Below are positions 28,960-37,466 of a stretch of DNA of 64,000 nt, in pieces (positions within the stretch are counted from its first letter, which is position 1; each line of letters begins with the position of its first letter). The translations under genes and the position numbers were made by a program. Under the pieces are notes generated by a model. It was given only the letters and a program-made list of their open reading frames with translations. It was not told the origin of the DNA and ran no database searches. Source of the stretch: Vicinamibacteria bacterium. Its GTDB lineage: Bacteria; Acidobacteriota; Vicinamibacteria; Marinacidobacterales; Marinacidobacteraceae. The stretch covers positions 2,816,001 to 2,880,000 of the forward strand of contig OY729431.1 of assembly GCA_963422395.1 (NCBI GenBank), read 5' to 3'.

Positions 28960-29602
28960 CCGCGGCGACCGCGAAGCTCACCCCGAAGTAATTCCTTTCG
29001 CGGGGCAACGGGGGCAAGGGTCGGGCCCAGGGGGCGGCCAGCAGCACGCGCCCCCGCCGGGCGAACCGACCGCGCTCGAGATGCGCGTCCGCCTCCACCC
29101 CGATCAGCCCCCGAACCCGGAGCAGCGCGCCCGGGATCAGCAACACTCCCTGGCTGCGGCGGGGAGCGATCAGAGTCGATCCCGCTTCCCCCGCTTCGAC
29201 CGCAGCCGTGCGGAGGAGCTGTTCCCCTTCCGGGTCGCTCCCCGCCGGAACGCCGGCGCTCAGGTTCGCGAGCTGCGCGCCGTTTTCGGCCGCCCAGCGG
29301 ATCCCGGCGGCGAGGCACTCCGCGGGAGCGTCCAGCCGGCGGCCGAAGACTCGCACCGAGAGAAGAGCGTAACGGTCTGGGGGAAGCCCCTCGGAGACGG
29401 CGGCAGCCACTGCGGTGCCATGACCGATCTCGTCGGCCCAGGCGGCAGCGCCGGCTTCCATGAGACCCGCTCTCCCTTCGGAGAGACGGATGCGCACACC
29501 GTCTGCCACCGGCCCCACCTGCCGGTGCCGGGGATTCACTCCGCTGTCCAGGATCGCGATCCGCAGGCGGCCGCCGACCGATTTCCCATCCTCTCCGGCC
29601 AT
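28799..29602 (-). CDS. qhpE: subtilisin-like S8 peptidase, QhpC leader peptidase
   Basis: D (ILDSG), H (GHGT) and S (GVSFA) triad; last gene of the qhp operon. Confidence 0.8.
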   Translation of the reverse strand: MAGEDGKSVGGRLRIAILDSGVNPRHRQVGPVADGVRIRLSEGRAGLMEAGAAAWADEIGHGTAVAAAVSEGLPPDRYALLSVRVFGRRLDAPAECLAAGIRWAAENGAQLANLSAGVPAGSDPEGEQLLRTAAVEAGEAGSTLIAPRRSQGVLLIPGALLRVRGLIGVEADAHLERGRFARRGRVLLAAPWARPLPPLPRERNYFGVSFAVAAVTNRAARLLLSEQISEQSGRQASPAPVEAELLRRRIVLPQRDEAGARSGPAPT

Positions 29603-29606
29603 CCGC

Positions 29607-31289
29607 TCAGTCCACGGGTTCGATGCAACCGTTTTCGAATGCGAACCGCCGGTCGGCGGCTTCGGCGAAGGCCCGCCGGTGGGTCATCACCAGCGCGATC
29701 CGCTGGCGCAGCCAGGGAACCAGCCGGCGGATCAGCAGCGCTTCGGTCTCTTCGTCGAGCGCCGAGCTCGGTTCGTCGAGCAGGATGAGCGCCGGATCGG
29801 TGAGCACCGCGCGCGCGATGGCGATCCGCTGACGCTGTCCGGCCGAAAGCTGCTGCCCCCGCTCCCCGACCACGGTGGCGAGCCCGTCTTCGAGGGAGCC
29901 CAGGAAGCCGTCGAGCGCGGCGAGCCGCACGGCTCGTTCTACCGCGGCACCGCTTGCGCCGGGATTTCCGTAGCGGATGTTCTCGCCGATTTCTCCATGC
30001 CAGAGAAACGGCTCCTGTTCCACGACGGCGATCGGGCCGCGGAGCGCGGAGAGCGAAAACCGCCGGATGTCGGCGCCGCCCCAGGAGATCCGCCCTTCGT
30101 CCGGATCCAGGCGGCGGAGGATCAGGTCGGCGAGCGTGGTCTTGCCCACCCCGCTCGGCCCCGTGAGGACCGAGAGCGAGTGCTCGGGCAGGGTGAGCGA
30201 AGCGCGGTGGAGCACCGGGGCGTCGCCGCGGCCGTAAGACAGCGAAACCGCCTCCACGACCAGCGGCCCGCGCGGTCGTGTCGGATCGAGCGGATCGTCG
30301 GTTTCCTCGACTCCGGACGGCTGGTCGAGAAGCTCGAACACCCGCTCGAAGGAAGCGCGGGCGGCGCGCAGCCCCAGGTACTGCCCGAGCAGCCCCTGCA
30401 CCGGTCCGAAAAGCCGCATCTGATAGGTCATCGCCGCTCCGAGGGTTCCGAGGGTCATCCCTCCCTCGATCACCTGATGACCGCCGTAGAGGAACGCGGC
30501 GACGCCGGCGACCGCAACCAGCGAGGCGGGGATTCCGGATGCCACATAGGTGGTACGCCGGGCGAGCAGGAGAGAGCGGATGAATCGGTCGTTCTCCGAC
30601 CGGAACCGCTTGGCTTCCCGCTCCTCCTGGCCGAAGGCGACCGTCTGCCGCAAGCCGAGCACCGACTCGACGAGGGCGCTCCCGACCGACGCGCCCGCCT
30701 CCCGCAGTCGTCGGTTCTGGTCGGTGACCCGCCCGCGGAGCCGATGCAGCGAGAGTGCGGCGAAGGGGAGGAGGAGAATCGCGGGCAGCAGCAGCACCGG
30801 AGCGAGGATCGCGACGAAGGCGAGCGCCACCGCCAGCGCCACCAGGTTAGAGGCCAGCGAGAGCAGCAGATCACCCGCCGTCCGCTGCAGTTCGGAGACA
30901 TCGGTGTTCAGCCGCGAGAGGAGGTCCCCGGTGCGGGCGCCGGCGAAGAAGCGGGGCGAGAGCCGCTGCAGCCGCCGGTACACGGTCAGGCGAAGATCGA
31001 ACAGCGCCCGCGCCGAAATGCCCACATAGCGGTAGCCGGTGAAGGAAGTCACCACCAGCCCGCCGATCTGCATCGCCGCCATGAGGGCCGCGAGCCGGAG
31101 CAGGAGGCCGAAGTCGCCGCCGAGCAGAGCACGGTCGAGCAGCGGGACGAGCAGCAGCGGCCAGAGCTGGCCCGGCAGCCCGGCGAGGAACGAGAGCCCG
31201 AGCACGCCGGAGAGCCGCCGCCAGTAGGGCAGCGTCAGCCGGAAAGCCCGACGGTAGATCCCGCTGTCGCCCCCGCATCGAATCGCCAT
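29607..31289 (-). CDS. qhpF: ABC exporter (fused permease/ATPase)
   Basis: TM domain plus GPSGVGKT, LSAGQRQR and LLDEP motifs; located in the qhp operon. Confidence 0.85.
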   Translation of the reverse strand: MAIRCGGDSGIYRRAFRLTLPYWRRLSGVLGLSFLAGLPGQLWPLLLVPLLDRALLGGDFGLLLRLAALMAAMQIGGLVVTSFTGYRYVGISARALFDLRLTVYRRLQRLSPRFFAGARTGDLLSRLNTDVSELQRTAGDLLLSLASNLVALAVALAFVAILAPVLLLPAILLLPFAALSLHRLRGRVTDQNRRLREAGASVGSALVESVLGLRQTVAFGQEEREAKRFRSENDRFIRSLLLARRTTYVASGIPASLVAVAGVAAFLYGGHQVIEGGMTLGTLGAAMTYQMRLFGPVQGLLGQYLGLRAARASFERVFELLDQPSGVEETDDPLDPTRPRGPLVVEAVSLSYGRGDAPVLHRASLTLPEHSLSVLTGPSGVGKTTLADLILRRLDPDEGRISWGGADIRRFSLSALRGPIAVVEQEPFLWHGEIGENIRYGNPGASGAAVERAVRLAALDGFLGSLEDGLATVVGERGQQLSAGQRQRIAIARAVLTDPALILLDEPSSALDEETEALLIRRLVPWLRQRIALVMTHRRAFAEAADRRFAFENGCIEPVD

Positions 31290-31303
31290 CAGTTTCCGCA
31301 GGT

Positions 31304-31380
31304 AGAAGAACCGGGCAACCGCTCGTCATCCGGGCTGCCCAAGCGATGAAACCCCCGGACGCCAGGCGGCGCGTGCCGCC
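31304..31380 (-). terminator. two hairpins between qhpB and qhpF (possible attenuator or mRNA-stabilising stems)
   Basis: Minus strand: GGCGGC-acgc-GCCGCC, then GGGCAGCC...GGTTGCCC followed by GGTTCTTCT. Confidence 0.35.
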
Positions 31381-31394
31381 GGGGCGACCGTCCG

Positions 31395-32465
31395 TTACTC
31401 GAAGCGGAGTTCCAGCGGGGCGATCATGAAATCGCCGCCGGCGAAGATCTCGGTCTCCCGCTCCAGCGTCTCGGCGTCATAGACATACATGGTGTCGCCG
31501 ACTCCGGAGACGAACAGCCGCTTCCCGTCGGCGGAAACGATCAGCGAGGTGTTCGTCCGACCCCGTTCGAAGCCCTTCCGGCGCAGGATCACCTGCCGGC
31601 TCTCCATGTCCAGGACGGCAGCATCGCCGAGCCCGGCGTAGCCGCGCTTTCCGTCGGGAGAGAGCGCGAAGTGGGCGAGCTGCATCTGGGGTCCGACCTC
31701 GTAGTGGCGCACGGTCTTCTGCGGCAGCCGGATCTCGAGCACGCCGAAGAGGTCCATCCCCTGCCGGGGCTCCGTCGTTCGATAGATGCCGAAGAGGCGC
31801 CCGGGCTCGATCTCCTGCAGGCGGTGTCCCCGCACCCCGCCGTACCCCGGGGCGAGGGGGCTGTCGAGCGCGACCCGGTCCGTTTCCTCGAAGGTCTCGC
31901 CGTCGAGTTCGACGACCTGCTCGTTCACCAGGTACATCGAAGAACCGTCGGGGCTGAAGTGGATATTCGGGCGCCAGTCGTCCGCCCCGCCGAGCGGGAT
32001 GCGGTGGGTCACCTCGCGCCGTTCGCGGTCGAAGACCCAGATCTCGGACGGGGTTTCGTGGAGGAAGCGGTCCGGCTCGAGGGCCACCACCACCGGCACC
32101 AGGAAGATGCGCTTCGCTCCCGGTCCCGGAGTCGCGCTCATGAAACGGACGCGCGTGGTCTCGGTGCTGAGTCGGAAGTCGTCCACCACCGCCATCGCTT
32201 CGGCGTCGAACAACTCGACGGACTCCATCCGTTCGGTGACGATGGCGAGATAGCGGCCGTCGGCGGTTTTTCGGTGGTTCGTGGCGGCGCCGTACCGCAG
32301 GCTGCCGATTTTCTCGAAGGTCAGCGTCTCCTGATCGAAGGTCAGGAGTTCGTCGGGCCAGATCCCCGCTAGGAACCGGTTCGGCTCCCCGGCCGCCGCC
32401 GGTACGGCAGCGAGCACGACAGTTCCGAGCGCGATGGCTCCGAGGGCGAAAAGCAGCCGTCTCAT
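31395..32465 (-). CDS. qhpB: quinohemoprotein amine dehydrogenase beta subunit (beta-propeller)
   Basis: Signal peptide MRRLLFALG...; repeated xSPDGKR/SADGKR propeller motifs; directly after qhpC. Confidence 0.8.
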   Translation of the reverse strand: MRRLLFALGAIALGTVVLAAVPAAAGEPNRFLAGIWPDELLTFDQETLTFEKIGSLRYGAATNHRKTADGRYLAIVTERMESVELFDAEAMAVVDDFRLSTETTRVRFMSATPGPGAKRIFLVPVVVALEPDRFLHETPSEIWVFDRERREVTHRIPLGGADDWRPNIHFSPDGSSMYLVNEQVVELDGETFEETDRVALDSPLAPGYGGVRGHRLQEIEPGRLFGIYRTTEPRQGMDLFGVLEIRLPQKTVRHYEVGPQMQLAHFALSPDGKRGYAGLGDAAVLDMESRQVILRRKGFERGRTNTSLIVSADGKRLFVSGVGDTMYVYDAETLERETEIFAGGDFMIAPLELRFE

Positions 32466-32788
32466 GGAAAAACGAGGTCTATCTCGCGCCAATCCTGGGT
32501 GGCCGAAGCACAGTTCTTGTGCCAGTCCGGGCTGTTGTTCAGGTAGTCGGGGACCTGGGCCGGCCAGTAGCAGGTCTTGTAGCAGTCGTAGAGATCCCGC
32601 TCCATCGGCTGGCAGAGCGCCGCGGTGCCTCCGGTCGAATCCACCTCCCAGCCCGGAGAGAAGATCGTGGTGCACTGAGACGGGTAATGGGGCCCGGGGT
32701 CCTCGGCGGTAGCGCGCGCCGATCCACCGCCTTCGAGCCACTCGGTCGCAAAACGGGCCTTCAGATTCTTCGGGGCGAGATGTTGCAT
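32462..32788 (-). CDS. qhpC: quinohemoprotein amine dehydrogenase gamma subunit (CTQ precursor peptide)
   Basis: Leader MQHLAPKNLKA; core CTTIFSPGWEVD...LCQPMERDLYDCYKTCYWPAQVPD...QDW, collinear with known QhpC. Confidence 0.95.
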   Translation of the reverse strand: MQHLAPKNLKARFATEWLEGGGSARATAEDPGPHYPSQCTTIFSPGWEVDSTGGTAALCQPMERDLYDCYKTCYWPAQVPDYLNNSPDWHKNCASATQDWREIDLVFP

Positions 32789-32796
32789 ACGGTGTC

Positions 32797-34239
32797 CTAC
32801 GGAGTCGGCCGTTCCACGCGGACCGCTCCCTCGAAACGGGCCAGAAATTCGGGGCGCCGGTCGAGGATCCGACCATAGGCCGAGAGGCCGAGCGCCGTCC
32901 AGTCGCGGATCCAGTCGCAGTAGTGCAGGTTGGGGCGGAAGCGGTCGCCGTAGCGGACTTGCGCTTCGTGATAACAGCCGCCGGAACACAGGCTGCGCAC
33001 CCAGCACTGGCTGCAATCGGTGCGGGCGTCGATGTGGGCCTTTTCCAGATGCTCGACGCGCTTTTCGTGGTGGATTCCGGTGGCCACATGACCGAGATCG
33101 TGGTCGCCCGATCCGGCGAAGCGGTGGCAGAGACCGACCTCTCCGCCCGGGGCCACCCCCACCAGGCCGAGCCCGGCGCCGCAGGGGTACGCCTTGCTCA
33201 CTCCCTCGTGGATCTCGCCGAGCAGGTCGCTGAGGTTGGAAAAGCCCAGGTAGCGGCCTTCGGCGGCCGCCTCCACATAGTCGTCGGCGAGCCCCCGGAA
33301 CTGGTCGAGCAGCTCGTCGAAACCGCCCTCTCCGAGGGCGTAGTCCTGATCGGGTGAAGAGGTGACCGGGGCGAATCCCACTTCGTAGAAGCCGAGCCCG
33401 ATCAGGTGTTCGAAGATCCGGGGCACATCGAGATTCTTCGAGGTGACGGTCACCCGCGCTCCCACCGGACGCTTCTGGAGCTTCAGAAATTCGGCGATCC
33501 GCGGAGCGATCACCTCGTAGCTCCCCAAGCCGCTCCGGTACACCCGCATGGAGTCCTGGAACTCCCGGGGACCATCCACCGAAATGGTGACCCCGATCCG
33601 GTTCTCGGCGATCCACTCCGAAATTTCACGGGTCAGCAGGGTGGCGTTCGTGGTGAGGCTGAAATCCACCCGCTTGCCGGCGTCCCGGGCCTTTTTCCTC
33701 GCGTACTCCACGGTCGGCCGGATGACCCGCCAGTTGAGCAGCGTCTCGCCGCCGAAGAAAGTGATCTGAAGATCCTTCGCCGCTCCCGACTCGGTGAGCA
33801 GCCGGTCCACCGACTGGCGCGCCACCTCCGCGGTCATCGCCTGGGGAATCTCGGCAGCCGCGATCCGATCGTCGCCGTACTCGTAGCAGTAGCGGCAGGC
33901 GAGATTGCAGGAGTTCGTGACATTCAACACCACGGTGCGGATCGGCGGCGGCTCGGCGACTTCCTGGAGGCCGCCGATGGGAATCAACGGTGCGCCTTGC
34001 CGCGCGACCGCTCCGACCTCCGCGAGTTCCCGAAGCGCCGCTTTCTCGTCGGGCGTCGTCGCGACCGCTTCCGGGGGCTTCGGCCCGGCTTCGAGCCGGT
34101 CGAGGACCCTTTCGCTCGCCGCATCGAGCTCGAAGATCATCGAGGAGGGAACGAGGAAGGCATAGCGCCGATCGCCGCCGGCGAACCGGTGCATCTGGCT
34201 CGCCTCCACGAGCGGAGGCGCGGAAGAGAGCCCGCTCAC
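32797..34239 (-). CDS. qhpD: radical SAM/SPASM thioether cross-linking maturase
   Basis: CNLACRYC, FFGGETLL, YPCGAG...CHRF and CSQCWVRSLCSGGCYHEA motifs. Confidence 0.93.
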   Translation of the reverse strand: MSGLSSAPPLVEASQMHRFAGGDRRYAFLVPSSMIFELDAASERVLDRLEAGPKPPEAVATTPDEKAALRELAEVGAVARQGAPLIPIGGLQEVAEPPPIRTVVLNVTNSCNLACRYCYEYGDDRIAAAEIPQAMTAEVARQSVDRLLTESGAAKDLQITFFGGETLLNWRVIRPTVEYARKKARDAGKRVDFSLTTNATLLTREISEWIAENRIGVTISVDGPREFQDSMRVYRSGLGSYEVIAPRIAEFLKLQKRPVGARVTVTSKNLDVPRIFEHLIGLGFYEVGFAPVTSSPDQDYALGEGGFDELLDQFRGLADDYVEAAAEGRYLGFSNLSDLLGEIHEGVSKAYPCGAGLGLVGVAPGGEVGLCHRFAGSGDHDLGHVATGIHHEKRVEHLEKAHIDARTDCSQCWVRSLCSGGCYHEAQVRYGDRFRPNLHYCDWIRDWTALGLSAYGRILDRRPEFLARFEGAVRVERPTP

Positions 34240-35891
34240 GGCGCCGCCCGTTGCGGGAACAGATCCCAGTAGAGGAAGACCGGCGGCGCGACCACCAGCC
34301 GAGCGCGGTCGCGCAGCGTCTCGCCGCTCGCCGGATCCTGGTGTTCGGCGACCACCCAGACATCCCCCATGTTGTCGGCATCCAGCTCGCGTTCCGGGTT
34401 CGGACCGTCGAGCCCGGGCGTGAAGAGGCCGCGTTCGTCGATGTTGCCGACGAAGCGGGTGTCGGCATCCTCGTCGCGGATGTAGTACTCCTCGGTAGTC
34501 CAGGACACCGCGACCGGTCCGAGTGCGAGGTCGTCTCCGGTGAGCCGTTCACCGTCGGGCCCTCGGTGCCAGCCGTTCACTTCGAATTGCACGAACTGCT
34601 TCGGCGCAACCGCGCCGCCCACCCGGGCGAGCGCCGTTTCCGGCAGGACCCGGATGTAGTCCACCCCGTCGTGGACCGCGAAACCGTCCACCAGCCGGAT
34701 CCCGGAGATCGAGACATCGCGGTAGCCCAGCAGGGCTTCAGGACCGATCTCGAGATCTGCCTGGAGTTCCCCGTCGGAGATCCTCCGGACACCCGCGACC
34801 CGAACTCCGGAGCCGAAGTCGAGCGAATCCGCAGCGTCCTCGCCGAATCCGGCTCCGAGGATCCTCAACCCGGAGACGGTGCTCCCGATCCGGCCCGCAG
34901 GAGGCCAGGCCGCTGCGATCTGCACTCCTCCGGCGACGCGGGTGAGCGTCGCGTCCAGTCCGTCCTCGCCGAAACGCCCGCGGAAGAGCCGCCCGCGGAG
35001 TGTCTGCCCGTCGGCATCGAGAAGGAGAGCCGCCCGCCGCTCCTGAAGCCGCTCGCCCTGCGAGCGGCCGCGGAACGAATACCCGCCGTAGAGCACCCCC
35101 GCACCGAGCCGGCGTTCGGCGGTTCCGTCGGCGTGGGTCAGGTTCGCTTCGTAGGCGTAGTCGCCGCTTTCGCCGTCCTCGGGCCGGAACTCGACGATTC
35201 CCGCGATCGGGCCTCTGCCGGGCTGGCTGCCCTTCAAGAACCAGCGCCCGGCGATGCCCGGCCCGGGCCCTTTGGCGCGGTAGTTCTTCCAGGCGGAGGT
35301 TTCGAAGGGGTACCGCTCCTTGAGCTGATCGAGGACCCGGTCCACCGCCCAACGCTCAGCGCCCGGCTCCCCCCGGAAGGTCTGCCCTTCGATGACCGGG
35401 AAGTAACCGACATGCATTCCCTTCAGCAGGTCCCATTCCTCGGCGGTCCGGCGCTGGGCGCGGAAACGCGCCGTGAGATGGCACCCCGAGCAGGTCTCGC
35501 GAAGCAGCTCCTCGCCGGCGGCGAAGCTCTCCTGGAAGGAGCGCTGTTCCGCCAGATAGAAGATCGGGCGTTCCTCCTCGGGAGCGAGGCCGTGATGATC
35601 CGCGAGATAGCGCACCACGGCGCGCGCGTCTTCCGGACCCAGATCGATATTCCCGGTGCGGATCATCCGCAGGATGGTGATCTGCCAGCCTTCCGCCGAC
35701 TTCCGCTGGAAGGAGATCCGGGACATCCGCCCCCGAGCGTCTGTCGCGTGGCAGGCGCCGCAGGCCGCCTCGACGAGCGCGCTCGCAACGGGAATGCCGT
35801 CATCGGCTTCCGCCGCACCGGCCGGCCCGGAGAGTGAGAGAGCGGCGAGCGAAAGAGCGATGGAAGCGCTGCCGCAGACAGCAGACCGCAT
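34236..35891 (-). CDS. qhpA: quinohemoprotein amine dehydrogenase alpha subunit (diheme c)
   Basis: Signal peptide; two CxxCH motifs (CGACH, CSGCH); SRISFQRKSAEGW and LADHHGLAPEE. Confidence 0.93.
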   Translation of the reverse strand: MRSAVCGSASIALSLAALSLSGPAGAAEADDGIPVASALVEAACGACHATDARGRMSRISFQRKSAEGWQITILRMIRTGNIDLGPEDARAVVRYLADHHGLAPEEERPIFYLAEQRSFQESFAAGEELLRETCSGCHLTARFRAQRRTAEEWDLLKGMHVGYFPVIEGQTFRGEPGAERWAVDRVLDQLKERYPFETSAWKNYRAKGPGPGIAGRWFLKGSQPGRGPIAGIVEFRPEDGESGDYAYEANLTHADGTAERRLGAGVLYGGYSFRGRSQGERLQERRAALLLDADGQTLRGRLFRGRFGEDGLDATLTRVAGGVQIAAAWPPAGRIGSTVSGLRILGAGFGEDAADSLDFGSGVRVAGVRRISDGELQADLEIGPEALLGYRDVSISGIRLVDGFAVHDGVDYIRVLPETALARVGGAVAPKQFVQFEVNGWHRGPDGERLTGDDLALGPVAVSWTTEEYYIRDEDADTRFVGNIDERGLFTPGLDGPNPERELDADNMGDVWVVAEHQDPASGETLRDRARLVVAPPVFLYWDLFPQRAAP

Positions 35892-36003
35892 ATGGAACTG
35901 CCCATGGTAAGGGTTCCCTTCCGGCAGCGCCACCGCCAGAGAGGAGAAGCTCGCTCGCCCGCACCGAGTGCCCACAGGCACTCGAGGGCGTAGCAACCGC
36001 CGG

Positions 36004-36939
36004 TCACTGCTGGCTGGGGGTTTCGCCGCCCTTGACGATGGTGGTGGCCAGGGTGAGCATCGAGGCGAGATCGCCGAGGTTGGCAGGCACCACGAAAGTG
36101 TTTCCAGCTTTGGCGAGTTCGCCGAACTGCGTCACATATTGCTCGGCGATCCGAAGGCGGACAGCGTCCATGCCTCCTTCGAGGCTGGCCGCCACCGCCA
36201 CCTGACGCAGACCCTCGGCAGTGGCGGTCGCCACGGCGAGGATGGCCTCCGCCTCTCCCTGAGCCTCGTTGATCTGTTGGGTGCGCACCGCTTCGGACTG
36301 CTTGATGACCTGCTGTTTCTCGCCCTCGGCCTCGTTGATCTTCGCGTCGCGCTCCCCCTCGGAGTTCAGGATCACGGCGCGCTTCTCCCGCTCGGCGCGC
36401 ATCTGCTTCTCCATGGCCGCGAGAACATCGTGAGGAGGGTTGATGTTGCGGATCTCGTAGCGCAACACCTTGACCCCCCAGGGTGCGGACGCCTTGTCCA
36501 GTTCGCTCACCACCGCGGCGTTGATCGCGGCGCGTTCCTCGAACGTGCGGTCGAGATCGATCTTGCCGACCTCACTGCGGAGCGTGGTCTGCGCCAGCTG
36601 CGAGATCGCGAATACATAGTTCATGATCCCGTAGGAGGCTTGCCGGGGATCCAGCACCTGCAGGTAGAGCACACCGTCCACTCCCACCTGCACATTGTCA
36701 CGGGTGATGCAAAGCTGCTCGGAGATATCGATCGCCTGCTCCTTCAGCGAATGCCGATAGGCGATGCGCTCCAGAAACGGGATCAGGATATGAAAGCCCG
36801 CCTGCAGCGTGCGGCTGTAACGGCCCAGCCGTTCGACCACATAGCCGGACTGCTGCGGAACGATCTTCGCGGTCTTGGCGATGGTGAGGACCACCAGCAA
36901 CACCAACGCCAGAACGGCGAGGAATCCAACGGAACTCAT
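36004..36939 (-). CDS. SPFH/stomatin-like protein (QmcA/paraslipin)
   Basis: VVERLGRY, CITRDNV, LAQTTLRS and MEKQMRAEREKRA motifs. Confidence 0.93.
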   Translation of the reverse strand: MSSVGFLAVLALVLLVVLTIAKTAKIVPQQSGYVVERLGRYSRTLQAGFHILIPFLERIAYRHSLKEQAIDISEQLCITRDNVQVGVDGVLYLQVLDPRQASYGIMNYVFAISQLAQTTLRSEVGKIDLDRTFEERAAINAAVVSELDKASAPWGVKVLRYEIRNINPPHDVLAAMEKQMRAEREKRAVILNSEGERDAKINEAEGEKQQVIKQSEAVRTQQINEAQGEAEAILAVATATAEGLRQVAVAASLEGGMDAVRLRIAEQYVTQFGELAKAGNTFVVPANLGDLASMLTLATTIVKGGETPSQQ

Positions 36940-37379
36940 GTTGCCTTCTCCTCGGCACGAAGCTCGATCACGAGATCGCGCACGCTTTCGACGCGGGCGC
37001 GCCGGCCCGGATCGAGGGGGGATTCGCCGATGTTGCGAGCCGTCCAGTCAGAGCCGCGGAGTTGGGCGCGGCCGATGCCTCCGGGCGCGATAGCGTCGGT
37101 CACGGTCGCAGTCTCACCGATCAGCGGTTCGAACCCGGCGGCCGGAGCGCCGCGAAGCCGGCGGTAGAACTGCCGCCGCACCCCCGCCAGCAGCGCCAGC
37201 GCCAGCGCGCCGAAGATCGCCCACTGAAGCCAGAGCGGACCAGCGAGTCCGACCCCTGCTCCGAATCCGACGAGCAGCGCCGCGAGACCCAGGATCGCCA
37301 GATAGAAGCCGGCATCCACGACGAACAACTCGGAGCCGAGAAGCACCGCTCCGAGGACGACCCATTGCCACCAAGGCAT
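36936..37379 (-). CDS. NfeD-family membrane protein (YbbJ-like)
   Basis: N-terminal TMs and C-terminal OB-fold LIGETATV...GSDWTAR; canonical partner of the SPFH gene. Confidence 0.88.
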   Translation of the reverse strand: MPWWQWVVLGAVLLGSELFVVDAGFYLAILGLAALLVGFGAGVGLAGPLWLQWAIFGALALALLAGVRRQFYRRLRGAPAAGFEPLIGETATVTDAIAPGGIGRAQLRGSDWTARNIGESPLDPGRRARVESVRDLVIELRAEEKAT

Positions 37380-37466
37380 TCGGCTGAATGATAGAGCTTC
37401 GGCGATCCCCGGACGGGAAGGACCGGGCGCTGGCGGCGCGCCGCGGTTTCCGGTACAACCTGCGGG

